From Desulfobaccales bacterium (GTDB taxonomy: Bacteria > Desulfobacterota > Desulfobaccia > Desulfobaccales > 0-14-0-80-60-11), in NCBI GenBank assembly GCA_052147455.1, contig JBKQKO010000009.1:6699-70698 (forward strand): 64,000 nucleotides of DNA, written 5' to 3'. Below, one piece after another: positions 28,117-37,048 of the stretch; positions within the stretch are counted from its first letter, which is position 1, and each line of letters begins with the position of its first letter. The notes under the pieces are model-generated. The model made no database searches. It was given only the letters and a program-made list of their open reading frames with translations, and had not been told where the DNA came from. A program made the translations under genes and the position numbers.

Positions 28117-29841
28117 CTAAATAACAATCCCGCTCAAGCGCTCGACCAATATCCTCGCCGTTTGAAACGCCGTGGCAATGCCGGGCAGCCCCACGGTAGC
28201 GCAAGCAAACTCCAGATTGTCGATATCTGGTATGGGGGGCACTTCCCGCAGCACGTTCGCCACATTTTGCTTCCGGCCATAGGCATTGCCTTTTTCAGCT
28301 CCGACGGCTTGATTGATATCCAAGGGTGTGATTGTTTCAGTAAAAATCAGATGTTGGCGCAGCTGCGGGAACCCTATATTCTCAAGTTTATCCAGAATCC
28401 GTTCAGTTAGTCGCGATTTTAGGGATTGATATTCATCCGCGCCTTTGCGCCTGGCATCGCGAGCCTGGGTGAAATTTCCAGGGGCATAAACCACCAGTGA
28501 CTGTATTGCATTATTACGCTCTGTGTAGCCATTACCGTTGGCAGTGGGTGAACTGATATATAACAGCGCAGGATCTTCTGTCATATCCGGATTATCGAAG
28601 TCAACCGCATGAGTACCGGCTTGCCACCAATAGTTTCTTCCGGCCAGCTTTTTAGCAATTGCCGGGTAATCCTTTACTCCAATATATAATCCGCTGAGGG
28701 CATTGGAAGGTTCATATATAAATTTCTCACTATTGCAAGAGTCGATCAGTTTGCATACCATTCTTGGCGGCAGTGTACTAATCACGTAATAAGGCTCGTA
28801 CGTACCCCTGGTCGTTTCTATATGGTCTAGGTTTCCATTCCCAACGGTCAACTTATTGACTTTGGCTCCCTGCTGCACCGTGCCGCCAAATTTTTCGATG
28901 GTCGACGCCAAGCCGTCTATGAGGCTTTTAAACCCATGCCGCGGGTAGAAAGCTCCGGAATGGCAACGCCCGGTAGCGGCCGCATAAACTCCCACAGACA
29001 CCGATGACTCGTTTTCAGCAAACATCCCGCCATGCGCATACAGTAAGCGTCTCGCCTTTTCTGATAGTTGGCAATGATTGAACAGATCTAAGAGAGTCCA
29101 ATCACCCATTTTCTTTAGGAGCCATTTTTCTTTCAGTGAGAAATCACTTGAAAGTAGAATAGCGTTTCTCATCTGCGACCAGCCGTGGAGATAGAGTCCC
29201 CTATCGTAAATAAACTTTGAGCCCCTAAAAAGAACGTCAATACATGAGAAGAATTCTGAGAGTTTTTCATTCTCCTCAGGGAAACGGCCGATCATGGCTG
29301 CCTTAAACTTATCCAACCCCATAGGCACTACTAAGGGAGGGTCATTGCCTAGATACAAATGTTCAAAGGCCTCCTTATCCATCGAGTCGAATGGTATGGC
29401 CTCGTTCAGTCCTAAAAATCTCAAAATCCTATTCCCGACGTCTTTCCCATCGTTGCCGAAATCCCAGACATATTGCGGCCCCGCACAAAACCTCAGTCCA
29501 TTACTCTCGAAACTTCGGGCATGTCCTCCGAGCCAGGTGGGATGTGCTTCTAACACCTGAACCTTATACCCCACCTTAGCCAAAATAGCCCCGGCACACA
29601 GGCCGGTAATGCCACTGCCCAGGATAAAGATCTTATTGGGTTGACCGCCTGGGTTGAACAATGGCAAACGTTCCGCGCGGGCGTAGGCATAGGCTGACCT
29701 CAGAGGCGTAATCAGAGAGGCCAGGGATATGGCTGCGAGCATCTTAAAAAAATCTCTCCTGGAAATACCTAGGGTGTCAGGACTATTCCTACGGTGTCCC
29801 GCGTCAGTATTTATCGCTTCCTCAAAGGCAATTTTAGTCAT
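28117..29841 (-). CDS. FAD-dependent oxidoreductase (amine-oxidase/phytoene-desaturase-like) with twin-arginine signal
   Basis: SRRDFFKMLAAISLASL Tat motif, then dinucleotide fold IFILGSGITGLCAGAILAKVGYKVQVLE. G+C is lower than the flanks. Confidence 0.7.
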   Translation of the reverse strand: MTKIAFEEAINTDAGHRRNSPDTLGISRRDFFKMLAAISLASLITPLRSAYAYARAERLPLFNPGGQPNKIFILGSGITGLCAGAILAKVGYKVQVLEAHPTWLGGHARSFESNGLRFCAGPQYVWDFGNDGKDVGNRILRFLGLNEAIPFDSMDKEAFEHLYLGNDPPLVVPMGLDKFKAAMIGRFPEENEKLSEFFSCIDVLFRGSKFIYDRGLYLHGWSQMRNAILLSSDFSLKEKWLLKKMGDWTLLDLFNHCQLSEKARRLLYAHGGMFAENESSVSVGVYAAATGRCHSGAFYPRHGFKSLIDGLASTIEKFGGTVQQGAKVNKLTVGNGNLDHIETTRGTYEPYYVISTLPPRMVCKLIDSCNSEKFIYEPSNALSGLYIGVKDYPAIAKKLAGRNYWWQAGTHAVDFDNPDMTEDPALLYISSPTANGNGYTERNNAIQSLVVYAPGNFTQARDARRKGADEYQSLKSRLTERILDKLENIGFPQLRQHLIFTETITPLDINQAVGAEKGNAYGRKQNVANVLREVPPIPDIDNLEFACATVGLPGIATAFQTARILVERLSGIVI

Positions 29842-29865
29842 ACAAATAACCTAACAGGCGGCGGT

Positions 29866-31044
29866 TCACTGGAGAATACTCTTATATGTAGTAACTAATT
29901 GGACCAATTGTGATATTGGCACCAGCGCACTTACTAAAAAACCGGCTATGTATATAAATCCGGAACGAGAATCGAAAGGCCAGGTGCAGAGGCTGTTCAC
30001 CTTTGCATGCATATCGGTCAGGTGCGTGTAATGCATTACCCCCAAACTGAACTGCTGAAAATCTTTGGGGTCACTCGGATTTAATAACTTGTCTAAGTTA
30101 CTTCGAAGGCTAACGCAACTTTTTAATAGGAGAAGATCCTGGCTGGACTTAAGTTTTTCCAACATGTGGTGTAACTTTAGCATGGGGATCAATAAAACGC
30201 TGATTGCCGCGAAATGAGGGAAGGCCATCCAGGCATATATGGAAAATTTGACTAGATCCTGTGTTCTATGGGTCCAGGGGGATAGATATATATATAGTGA
30301 AATCAACACTCCCACCGACAGACTGGTGATGGAAAAATGCAGCAGATTGTTGCCGATTATGGAGATTCCGCCACATTTATCCGGCGCCCGATAGTTTATC
30401 GCAATTTTATCTTGGCCACTAAAGGTGTTGATCATTTTTACGACGCCTACTATTCCGCACACTGCCATGCCACAGATAAATCCTTCCACAAAAAACTGCA
30501 GTATAATCGATGCTACTAAAAATGGATTTGTATACCATATCCCATATGCTACCCCGAAGGCTGTGTTAAGGAATCCAAAAAATATACCATAAAACAATAA
30601 ATTCTTATTTGACAGTGTCGCTTCCAGTATCCTGACAATCGTTGTATGAAAATCTTCGGATTCTAATTCATTAAAGGTAAATAGGTTAAGGGTTAACTTC
30701 CGCAACTTTTTGGTGTTCCAAACGACTAATAGCAAGGTGTAACCTATCATTAAGCTTAACATCCAACTTCTATCTGCAAATGTATCTGCCTTGAATAATA
30801 TACCCAGACCCATATGTAATATCAAAAATGGCAGGCAAAAAAGCAGGCTACTCAGGTAATACGGCATCTTGAGCAGGTTGATGAAGGTCTCATAAAATGG
30901 TATTATCTGACTCTTTAAATATGTATCAATACTATCCCTTTTGGCGTCTGCATGCAGTAATATATTGGAAGAGCAGTGTGGGCAAAAAAGCCACTCTTTT
31001 CTGATTTCCATCTTACACTTGATACACAAACTATCTTCCACCAT
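29866..31044 (-). CDS. Polytopic membrane protein with N-terminal zinc-ribbon
   Basis: CIKCKMEIRKEWLFCPHCSS followed by many hydrophobic spans. AT-rich codon usage; no family recognised. Confidence 0.5.
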   Translation of the reverse strand: MVEDSLCIKCKMEIRKEWLFCPHCSSNILLHADAKRDSIDTYLKSQIIPFYETFINLLKMPYYLSSLLFCLPFLILHMGLGILFKADTFADRSWMLSLMIGYTLLLVVWNTKKLRKLTLNLFTFNELESEDFHTTIVRILEATLSNKNLLFYGIFFGFLNTAFGVAYGIWYTNPFLVASIILQFFVEGFICGMAVCGIVGVVKMINTFSGQDKIAINYRAPDKCGGISIIGNNLLHFSITSLSVGVLISLYIYLSPWTHRTQDLVKFSIYAWMAFPHFAAISVLLIPMLKLHHMLEKLKSSQDLLLLKSCVSLRSNLDKLLNPSDPKDFQQFSLGVMHYTHLTDMHAKVNSLCTWPFDSRSGFIYIAGFLVSALVPISQLVQLVTTYKSILQ

Positions 31045-31160
31045 ACCCGCGCCCTAAATTCGAATGTCCCTTTTTACGATAATTCTATCATATTTCATCC
31101 TCCTTATGGTGAAATGACTCGTTTTCAGCCCCTCAGCCCCCTCGCCGATCACTGCTTCCC

Positions 31161-32549
31161 TCATCCCAGGGCCGCGGCCAGGCGCGGCGCCAGGTGGTCG
31201 AAGTCGCCGTTGGACATGATCAGCACCAGGTCGCCCGGCCGCAGCAGGTCCAGCAGTCCCGTTAGGAGCTGGTCGGTGTCGGGAAAATAGAGGGCGGTCT
31301 GGCCCTGGCGCCCCAGGTCGGAGGCCAGTTGCCGGGAGGAAAACTGCTCCTCCGGCTCCACCTTCCACAGGTCCGGCGGCTCCCGCACCAGGACCAGATC
31401 CGCGTCTTTAAAGGCCGCGGCGTAAGGCTCCTGAAAGACGCGGCGCCGGGAGGTGTTGGTGCGGGGCTCGAAGACCGCCAGCAGGCGGCGCTCCGGGTAG
31501 CCCTGGCGCACCGCCGCCAGGGTCACGGCCACCGCGGTGGGATGGTGGGCAAAATCCTGCACGATCAGCACCCCCTGAAATTCCCCCACCACTTCCTGGC
31601 GCTTGTGCACTCCCTGAAAGCCCGTTAGGGCTTTCTGTAGGTCGCCGGGCTCGCCTCCCACTTCCGCCAGGGCCGCCAAAGCGGCCAGGGCGTTCCAGAC
31701 GTTGTGGGTCCCCAGCATGGGCAGAAAAAATTCACCCCAGGCCTTCCCTTCCCGGAGGACGGTGAAATTCATGCCCCCGGCCTGGGGTGAGAGGTCCGCA
31801 ATCCGCCAGTGGCAGTGGGGGCCCTGGCCGTAAAAAGCCACGGGCGCTCTGGCGCGCCGGCAGACCTGCCGCACCAGGGGCGCATCTCCCCAGGCCAGGA
31901 CCCGGCCGTCCGCGGGCACCTGATCCAGGAAGGATTCAAAGGCCCGGATGACCTGGTCCAGGTCGGCGTAGATGTCGGCGTGGTCGAACTCAATGGAGGT
32001 GAGCACCGCCACCCGGGGCCGAAAATGGACGAATTTGGGGCGCTTGTCGAAAAAGGCGGTGTCGTATTCATCGCCTTCCAGGACCACGTAAGGGCCCCGG
32101 CCCACCCGGTAGTTGGCCTGAAAATTCCGGGCGAGGCCTCCCACCATGAAGCCGGGGTCCAGTCCCAGGGCGTAGAGCAGCCAGGCGATCAGCGCGGTGG
32201 TGGTGGTCTTGCCGTGGGTGCCGGCCACCACCAGGCTTTGGCGTTCCCCCACCAGGAAGCGGTTCAAGGCCTCAGGCAGGGAGAGGCGGGGGATGTCGCT
32301 CTTAAGCAGGGCCTGGGCCTCGGGGTTGTCCCGGCGGATGACGTTGCCCACCACTGCCAGGTCCGGCCGCGGCTCAAGATTCTCCGGGGCGTAGCCGTTT
32401 TGCACCGGAATGCCCAGCCCGGCCAGATAGGTGCTCATGGGCGGGTAGGCGTGTTCGTCGGAGCCGCTGACCCGGTAGCCCTGCTCCTGGAGGATGCCGG
32501 CCAGGGCCGCCATGCCGGTGCCGCAGATGCCCAGGAGGTGGATGTGCAT
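31161..32549 (-). CDS. mpl: UDP-N-acetylmuramate:L-alanyl-gamma-D-glutamyl-meso-DAP ligase
   Basis: MHIHLLGICGTGMAALA, YPPMST, AGTHGKTTTT, EGDEYDTAFFDKRPKFVHF, IEFDHADIY, IMSNGDF. Recalled from memory, it appears collinear with E. coli Mpl. Confidence 0.9.
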   Translation of the reverse strand: MHIHLLGICGTGMAALAGILQEQGYRVSGSDEHAYPPMSTYLAGLGIPVQNGYAPENLEPRPDLAVVGNVIRRDNPEAQALLKSDIPRLSLPEALNRFLVGERQSLVVAGTHGKTTTTALIAWLLYALGLDPGFMVGGLARNFQANYRVGRGPYVVLEGDEYDTAFFDKRPKFVHFRPRVAVLTSIEFDHADIYADLDQVIRAFESFLDQVPADGRVLAWGDAPLVRQVCRRARAPVAFYGQGPHCHWRIADLSPQAGGMNFTVLREGKAWGEFFLPMLGTHNVWNALAALAALAEVGGEPGDLQKALTGFQGVHKRQEVVGEFQGVLIVQDFAHHPTAVAVTLAAVRQGYPERRLLAVFEPRTNTSRRRVFQEPYAAAFKDADLVLVREPPDLWKVEPEEQFSSRQLASDLGRQGQTALYFPDTDQLLTGLLDLLRPGDLVLIMSNGDFDHLAPRLAAALG

Positions 32550-32551
32550 TA

Positions 32552-32579
32552 GAGTTTCGAGTTTCGAGTTTTGAGTTTT
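32552..32579. repeat. Heptanucleotide tandem repeat (gagtttc x2, gagtttt x2) abutting the mpl start codon
   Basis: Read directly; 2 nt from ATG 32549. Confidence 0.9.
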
Positions 32580-32718
32580 TAGTGGCAAAGGCCTCTAGCC
32601 TGTGGAAAAGGGTTTTTTCTGGTTCCCAAGCTCCGCCTTGGGAACCAGAGCCGAAATAAGATGGTGCGCAGTGCGCACCCTACATTATTGATCAGCAGAA
32701 CTGTTACCCTACCCGGAA

Positions 32719-33870
32719 TTAACGAAATGCCCGGCCAAACCCCAGGGCCCGGGAGGCCGCTTCGTGGAAGCGGGGCCGGAAGGCCTGAATCCCGGCCTTG
32801 TCGTCCCGGCCCAGGTGCACCCGGTTGGTGAGTAAGACTACCATCTGCCCCAGCTCCAGGTCCAGCCAAAAAGAGACGCCGGTGAATCCCAGGTGGCCGA
32901 CGCTGGCGGGCGAGAAATAGCGTCCCGCCGAGCACCGGGAGGCATCGGACTCGGGGGTGTCGAACCCCAAGGCCCGGGCCCCCCTGGCCACCGGGGTCAG
33001 GAAGCGGCGCACCGAAGCGGGGGAGAAGGGTGAGCTGCCGGCCTCTCCCCGGTAAGCCCCGTAGAGAGCGGACCCCAGACGAAAAACCTCGATTCCCCGG
33101 CCGAAGAGGCCGGCGTGCCCGGCCACGCCCCCCGCGGCCCAGGCGTTTTCGTCGTGCACCTCGCCAGAGACCCGGCGCCCGGCAATGAGGCCGGTTTCGG
33201 TGGCGGCGTAAACGCGGTTTTCCGTTTTCCATTTTCCGTTTTCCATGGGCAGACCTGCCTGCTCTGGGATGGACAAGGGGTTGAAGCCCAGGACTTCCAG
33301 CCCTAAAGGACGGTAAATTCTTTCTTCGCAGAAGCGGTCCAGGTTCAGGCCGGAGACGGTTTCCACCACCCCCTGCAGGAGCATGAACCCCAGGTCGCTG
33401 TATAGGGTGGCGGTGTCCGGGGGCTGGACCAGAGGTGAGGCCGCGGCCAGGCGAGGTAAGAGGCCGCGGCGGGCCGCCGGGGGTTTTTTAAGAATTTCCT
33501 GATAAAAGGGCACCCAGGCCGGCAGTCCGGCCCGGTGGGCCAGGAGGCTCCCGAGGCTCAAGGAGCGCTTGTCCGGCGGCAGCCAGGCCGCGGGCAGGAA
33601 CTCACCCAGGGTGGCCGCGGGCGTGAGCCTGCCGTCGTCCATCAGCAGCAGCAGCGCCAGGGCAGTGGCCAGGGGTTTGGTGAGAGAAGCCAGATCGAAG
33701 ACGGTAGCCGCGGTGGCAGGCTGGGCCCCCGGGTTCCGGGAGACCCGGCCCACCGCAGCCTGCCACCGGAGCTCACCACCCACCCCCGCCAGGGCCACCG
33801 CGGCGGTGTAGATGCCTCCGGTCAAGCCTTCTTCCAGGAGTTGGGTCAGAGGGGTGAAGGGCTCGGACAT
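32719..33870 (-). CDS. Beta-lactamase-fold serine hydrolase (AmpH/esterase-like)
   Basis: SxxK motif DLASLTKPLAT and C-terminal HLGFTG. Carries an internal heptamer repeat at 33217-33244. Confidence 0.8.
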   Translation of the reverse strand: MSEPFTPLTQLLEEGLTGGIYTAAVALAGVGGELRWQAAVGRVSRNPGAQPATAATVFDLASLTKPLATALALLLLMDDGRLTPAATLGEFLPAAWLPPDKRSLSLGSLLAHRAGLPAWVPFYQEILKKPPAARRGLLPRLAAASPLVQPPDTATLYSDLGFMLLQGVVETVSGLNLDRFCEERIYRPLGLEVLGFNPLSIPEQAGLPMENGKWKTENRVYAATETGLIAGRRVSGEVHDENAWAAGGVAGHAGLFGRGIEVFRLGSALYGAYRGEAGSSPFSPASVRRFLTPVARGARALGFDTPESDASRCSAGRYFSPASVGHLGFTGVSFWLDLELGQMVVLLTNRVHLGRDDKAGIQAFRPRFHEAASRALGFGRAFR

Positions 33871-33880
33871 GGGTCAGTAA

Positions 33881-34227
33881 GCAGTCATACCAGGTTGCCG
33901 TCAACAGGACATTTTTATACGGGCGGACCCGCAGGGCAAAAGGCAAAAAGGGCAAAAGCAAAGGTTATCCAATAGTTACCAACGGCTGACGCCTCCCTCC
34001 CCCTAACCCCCTCCCCCCACGGGGAGGGGGAAAAGACGACTTACCCAATTTAACCGGACTTTTGCAAGACCATCAAAGGAATTTCACTTTTAATTTTTTA
34101 CTATTGACTTATCTGCGGACCCATGTGTCCGCCCCAAAGGGCGGTCCGATCACACGCTGAAAGCCTGCGCCACTGTGCGCCCCTACGCAGGATATTTTTG
34201 GTTTATTGACTGCAACCTGGTATCAGC
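33881..34227. mobile_element. MITE-like ~350-bp non-coding element with terminal inverted repeats
   Basis: gcagtcataccaggttgccgtcaa (33881-33904) versus the reverse complement of ttgactgcaacctggtatcagc (34206-34227). The interior is hairpin-rich with no ORF. Confidence 0.35.
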
Positions 34228-34410
34228 AGTCAGATCAGGGCGAGCCGGGCCCGAAAAATTTTTTGTTATTAACGGGAGCATGAAAGGGGTTCAGTTTTAT
34301 CCCCTCTCCCCCGATGGGGGAGAGGGTTAGGGTGAGGGGGAATTTAATCTCTTTTCCGCTCCCATTGCGGCCACGGGCCTCCCCAGGTTGGGTGGGGCTC
34401 GCGCCCCGCC

Positions 34411-35343
34411 CTACTCCTTCTCCAATGCCAGGCTGATGAGACGGTCCAAGAGGGCCGGAAACTCCAGGCCCGCAGCCCTGGCGGCCTGGGGGAAGAGGCT
34501 GGTGGCGGTCATGCCCGGAATGGTGTTGGTCTCCAGGACGTAAATTTCCCCCTCCCGGACGATCATGTCGGTGCGGGAATATCCCCGGCAGCCCAGGGCG
34601 GCGTGCGCCGCCAGCGCGTACTGCTGCGCCTGCCCGGTGAGCTTGGGCTCAAGCCTGGCCGGGCAGATCTCCCGGCTGGCCCCCGGCTGGTACTTGGCCT
34701 CGTAGTCGAAAAAGCGGTAATCGCTGGCGGGGATGATCTCCACCAGGGGCAGAGCTATAGGGTCCCGGTTGCCGAGGACGCCGCCGGTGACCTCGGGGCC
34801 CTGGACGAACTCCTCCACCAGCACCCGGGAGTCGTAGCCAAAGGCCGCGGTCAGGCCTGCTTCCAGTTCCGCCAGGCTGCGGGCCAGGGTGACGCCGATG
34901 CTGGAGCCTTCGTTGGCCGGCTTGATGACCACCGGCAACCCCAGTCTCGCTTCGATTTCCCGGGAGGTGGGGGCCTGCTCCCGGGGAAAGGCCAGGGCCG
35001 CGGGGACCTTTAGTCCGGCCCGTTGATAGAGGGCCTTGCTCAACTCCTTGTTCATGGCCAGGGCCGAGCCCAGGACTCCGGAGCCCTGGTAGGGGATCTC
35101 CAGGAGGTCCAGCAGGCCCTGCATGGCGCCGTCTTCTCCGCCCCGGCCATGCATGATGATCAGGGCCACCCGCAGCTCCGGGGCGTCCCCCACCAGCCTC
35201 CCCAGGTCGGTAAGGGGATCGTAGCGCCGGATGTCATACTTACTCTTATCCAGGGCCTCAAAGACCTGGGCGCCGCTTTTTAAGGAGACTTCCCGCTCTG
35301 AAGATTTGCCCCCGGCGATCAGGGCCAGCCGCATCTTTGCCAT
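34411..35343 (-). CDS. ddl: D-alanine--D-alanine ligase
   Basis: LIAGGKSSEREVSL, HGRGGEDGAMQGLLDLLEIPYQGSG, VIKPANEGSSIGV, LETNTIPGMT. Confidence 0.95.
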   Translation of the reverse strand: MAKMRLALIAGGKSSEREVSLKSGAQVFEALDKSKYDIRRYDPLTDLGRLVGDAPELRVALIIMHGRGGEDGAMQGLLDLLEIPYQGSGVLGSALAMNKELSKALYQRAGLKVPAALAFPREQAPTSREIEARLGLPVVIKPANEGSSIGVTLARSLAELEAGLTAAFGYDSRVLVEEFVQGPEVTGGVLGNRDPIALPLVEIIPASDYRFFDYEAKYQPGASREICPARLEPKLTGQAQQYALAAHAALGCRGYSRTDMIVREGEIYVLETNTIPGMTATSLFPQAARAAGLEFPALLDRLISLALEKE

Positions 35344-35477
35344 GCTTCCCTCCGGCGAATAATTGTCAGGAATCAGCCATCAGCTAGCAGAACATCGGTT
35401 TTGGGAGAGATGGTTATACGTAAACGCCATTTATTTTTCGTTAATCTATCAATATTCTGAAACTGAATATTGGCAAG

Positions 35478-35590
35478 CTCCCCCTCCCTGAGAGGGGAGG
35501 GGGCTGGGGGGAGGGTGGCTCACTGGTCGCCGCTAAAACTCCAACGACGATCCCACCCCCACCCGGTGTCACCCCTTCGCAGGGGGAGGG
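35478..35590 (+). repeat. Composite G/C-rich hairpin repeat, copy A (copy B at 39404-39510)
   Basis: ccctccctgagaggggagggggctggggggagggtgg...cacccggtgtcaccccttcgcagggggaggg aligns with 39404-39510 in the same orientation. Confidence 0.85.
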
Positions 35591-36228
35591 AATTTTGCGG
35601 TTTTTGCAGGGTGTGGAGCTGCGAACTTATTTATATCGTTAGGTATAGTATCGAGAAGATCTTCAGGGCCGCAGGGCAAACCCGCAAACAATTTTTCTTC
35701 CAGGGCCTGGCTGCTGACCTCCATGGCCTTGATGCGCACCAGGGCCTCCGGGGTGCGTCCGTAACGCTCCTTCAGGTCGGCGAAACGCTCTGCCAGGCTC
35801 ACTACCCGGGTATGGAGCACCCGTTTGTCGGCATAGTTGACCACCTCGGCTTCCCGCAGCGGCCGCGGGTCCTTAACCAACTCCTCCGCCAGGCGCACGT
35901 GCTCCAGCACCACCTGGGCCAGCTCCGGGTAACCCAGGGAAAACAAAACCTCGGCACCCCATTGGGCATGGTTCTGAGCGGTTCCCAGGCAAGGGGTCTT
36001 CCCCAGGTCGTGGAGCAGGGCCCCGGTGCTGATCAGAGGCAGGTGCAGCTCGAAGCCCGCGGCTGCCAGGGCCTGCCCCAAAAAAGCGGCTACCTGCATT
36101 ACCCGGAAACTGTGCTCCCGGACGTTGGGCAGCATGGCATGGGCCGCCATCAGGGCCAGGCAGTCGTTATAGCTGGGCAGGGATATGGTAGTGATCTGCG
36201 AATCCTGGGGAACAAGGTCAATTTTCAC
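35569..36228 (-). CDS. HD-domain phosphohydrolase-family protein
   Basis: HSFRVMQVAAF...GALLHDLGKT (H...HD motif). The C-terminal tail is encoded by the repeat at 35478-35590. Confidence 0.6.
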   Translation of the reverse strand: MKIDLVPQDSQITTISLPSYNDCLALMAAHAMLPNVREHSFRVMQVAAFLGQALAAAGFELHLPLISTGALLHDLGKTPCLGTAQNHAQWGAEVLFSLGYPELAQVVLEHVRLAEELVKDPRPLREAEVVNYADKRVLHTRVVSLAERFADLKERYGRTPEALVRIKAMEVSSQALEEKLFAGLPCGPEDLLDTIPNDINKFAAPHPAKTAKFPPPAKG

Positions 36229-36349
36229 TTATAAAACGCCATAGTAGTACAGGCACATAGCCTGTTCTCATTTATTGGGCGGCCTGCGGCCGCCATAATT
36301 TTTTGTTCATTACATGCCTTATGGTCTGAAGGAACGAGTGGAAAGCGAA

Positions 36350-37048
36350 TCATAAAGTATCTGTTGTAATTTTAATACCTTTTTTAATGAAATTTCGCAT
36401 TTTATTGGGGCCTTCTGGAGATAAACCGCATTCCTGCATCTCGTGGTACCAGTTCTCCAATGCTTGTTGCATCCACCTCATATCCTTTTTCCAGACAGGT
36501 CCCAAATGTTTAATCCATAATTCTATTTCTTTTTCGGTGATCTCTTTTTTAGATATAAATATTTTAGCTAAATAAATTACCATCTTTGCAATGCCTTCAT
36601 CAATAACTTCTTCAGGAATTGACCAGTGGGCATTACCTAAACAATCTGTATAAAAACCAATTTGCTTTAAATTATCCAAAATATAAGGATGTTCGGCATC
36701 TTCTTTGAACATCGGAAGGAAATCATCGAGTTTCCTTGCACCAGCTTTAACCATATCCATAAGAACCCAAGCGACATTCTTTTTTGTGTGGGACCGATAA
36801 TCTTTCCAAGCTTCTTTGAGCTCTTTGTCATTTCTTGCGACTGATAATCCTCTTAAAATTGATTCCTTTCCAGACTCTTCAATGGATAAAATTGCTAAGC
36901 TTGTAGCAGTCGCATACCTTTTGTTTTCAATCAATAATTCTGCTTCTTCAGCAAGTCTCCTCGCGTTTCTAGCTGCCGCATTCATTCCTTCAGCTATCTG
37001 TGCGGCGGATAATTCACCTTTGTAATGATTTAGTTTTCTCTCGCTCAT
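36350..37048 (-). CDS. AbiV-like HEPN abortive-infection protein
   Basis: NAAARNARRLAEEAELLIENKRYATATSLAILSIEESGKESIL matches my recollection of the AbiV-family N-terminal helical pattern. Strongly AT-rich single-gene insert. Confidence 0.55.
   Translation of the reverse strand: MSERKLNHYKGELSAAQIAEGMNAAARNARRLAEEAELLIENKRYATATSLAILSIEESGKESILRGLSVARNDKELKEAWKDYRSHTKKNVAWVLMDMVKAGARKLDDFLPMFKEDAEHPYILDNLKQIGFYTDCLGNAHWSIPEEVIDEGIAKMVIYLAKIFISKKEITEKEIELWIKHLGPVWKKDMRWMQQALENWYHEMQECGLSPEGPNKMRNFIKKGIKITTDTL

Noticed and set aside
33871-34410. Possible CRISPR array among the many short GC-rich repeats (also 35478-35590, 39404-39668 and 23906-23974)
   Set aside because: The repeats are hairpins of several unrelated families at irregular spacing, with no constant repeat-spacer periodicity. 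No cas genes are present in the window.
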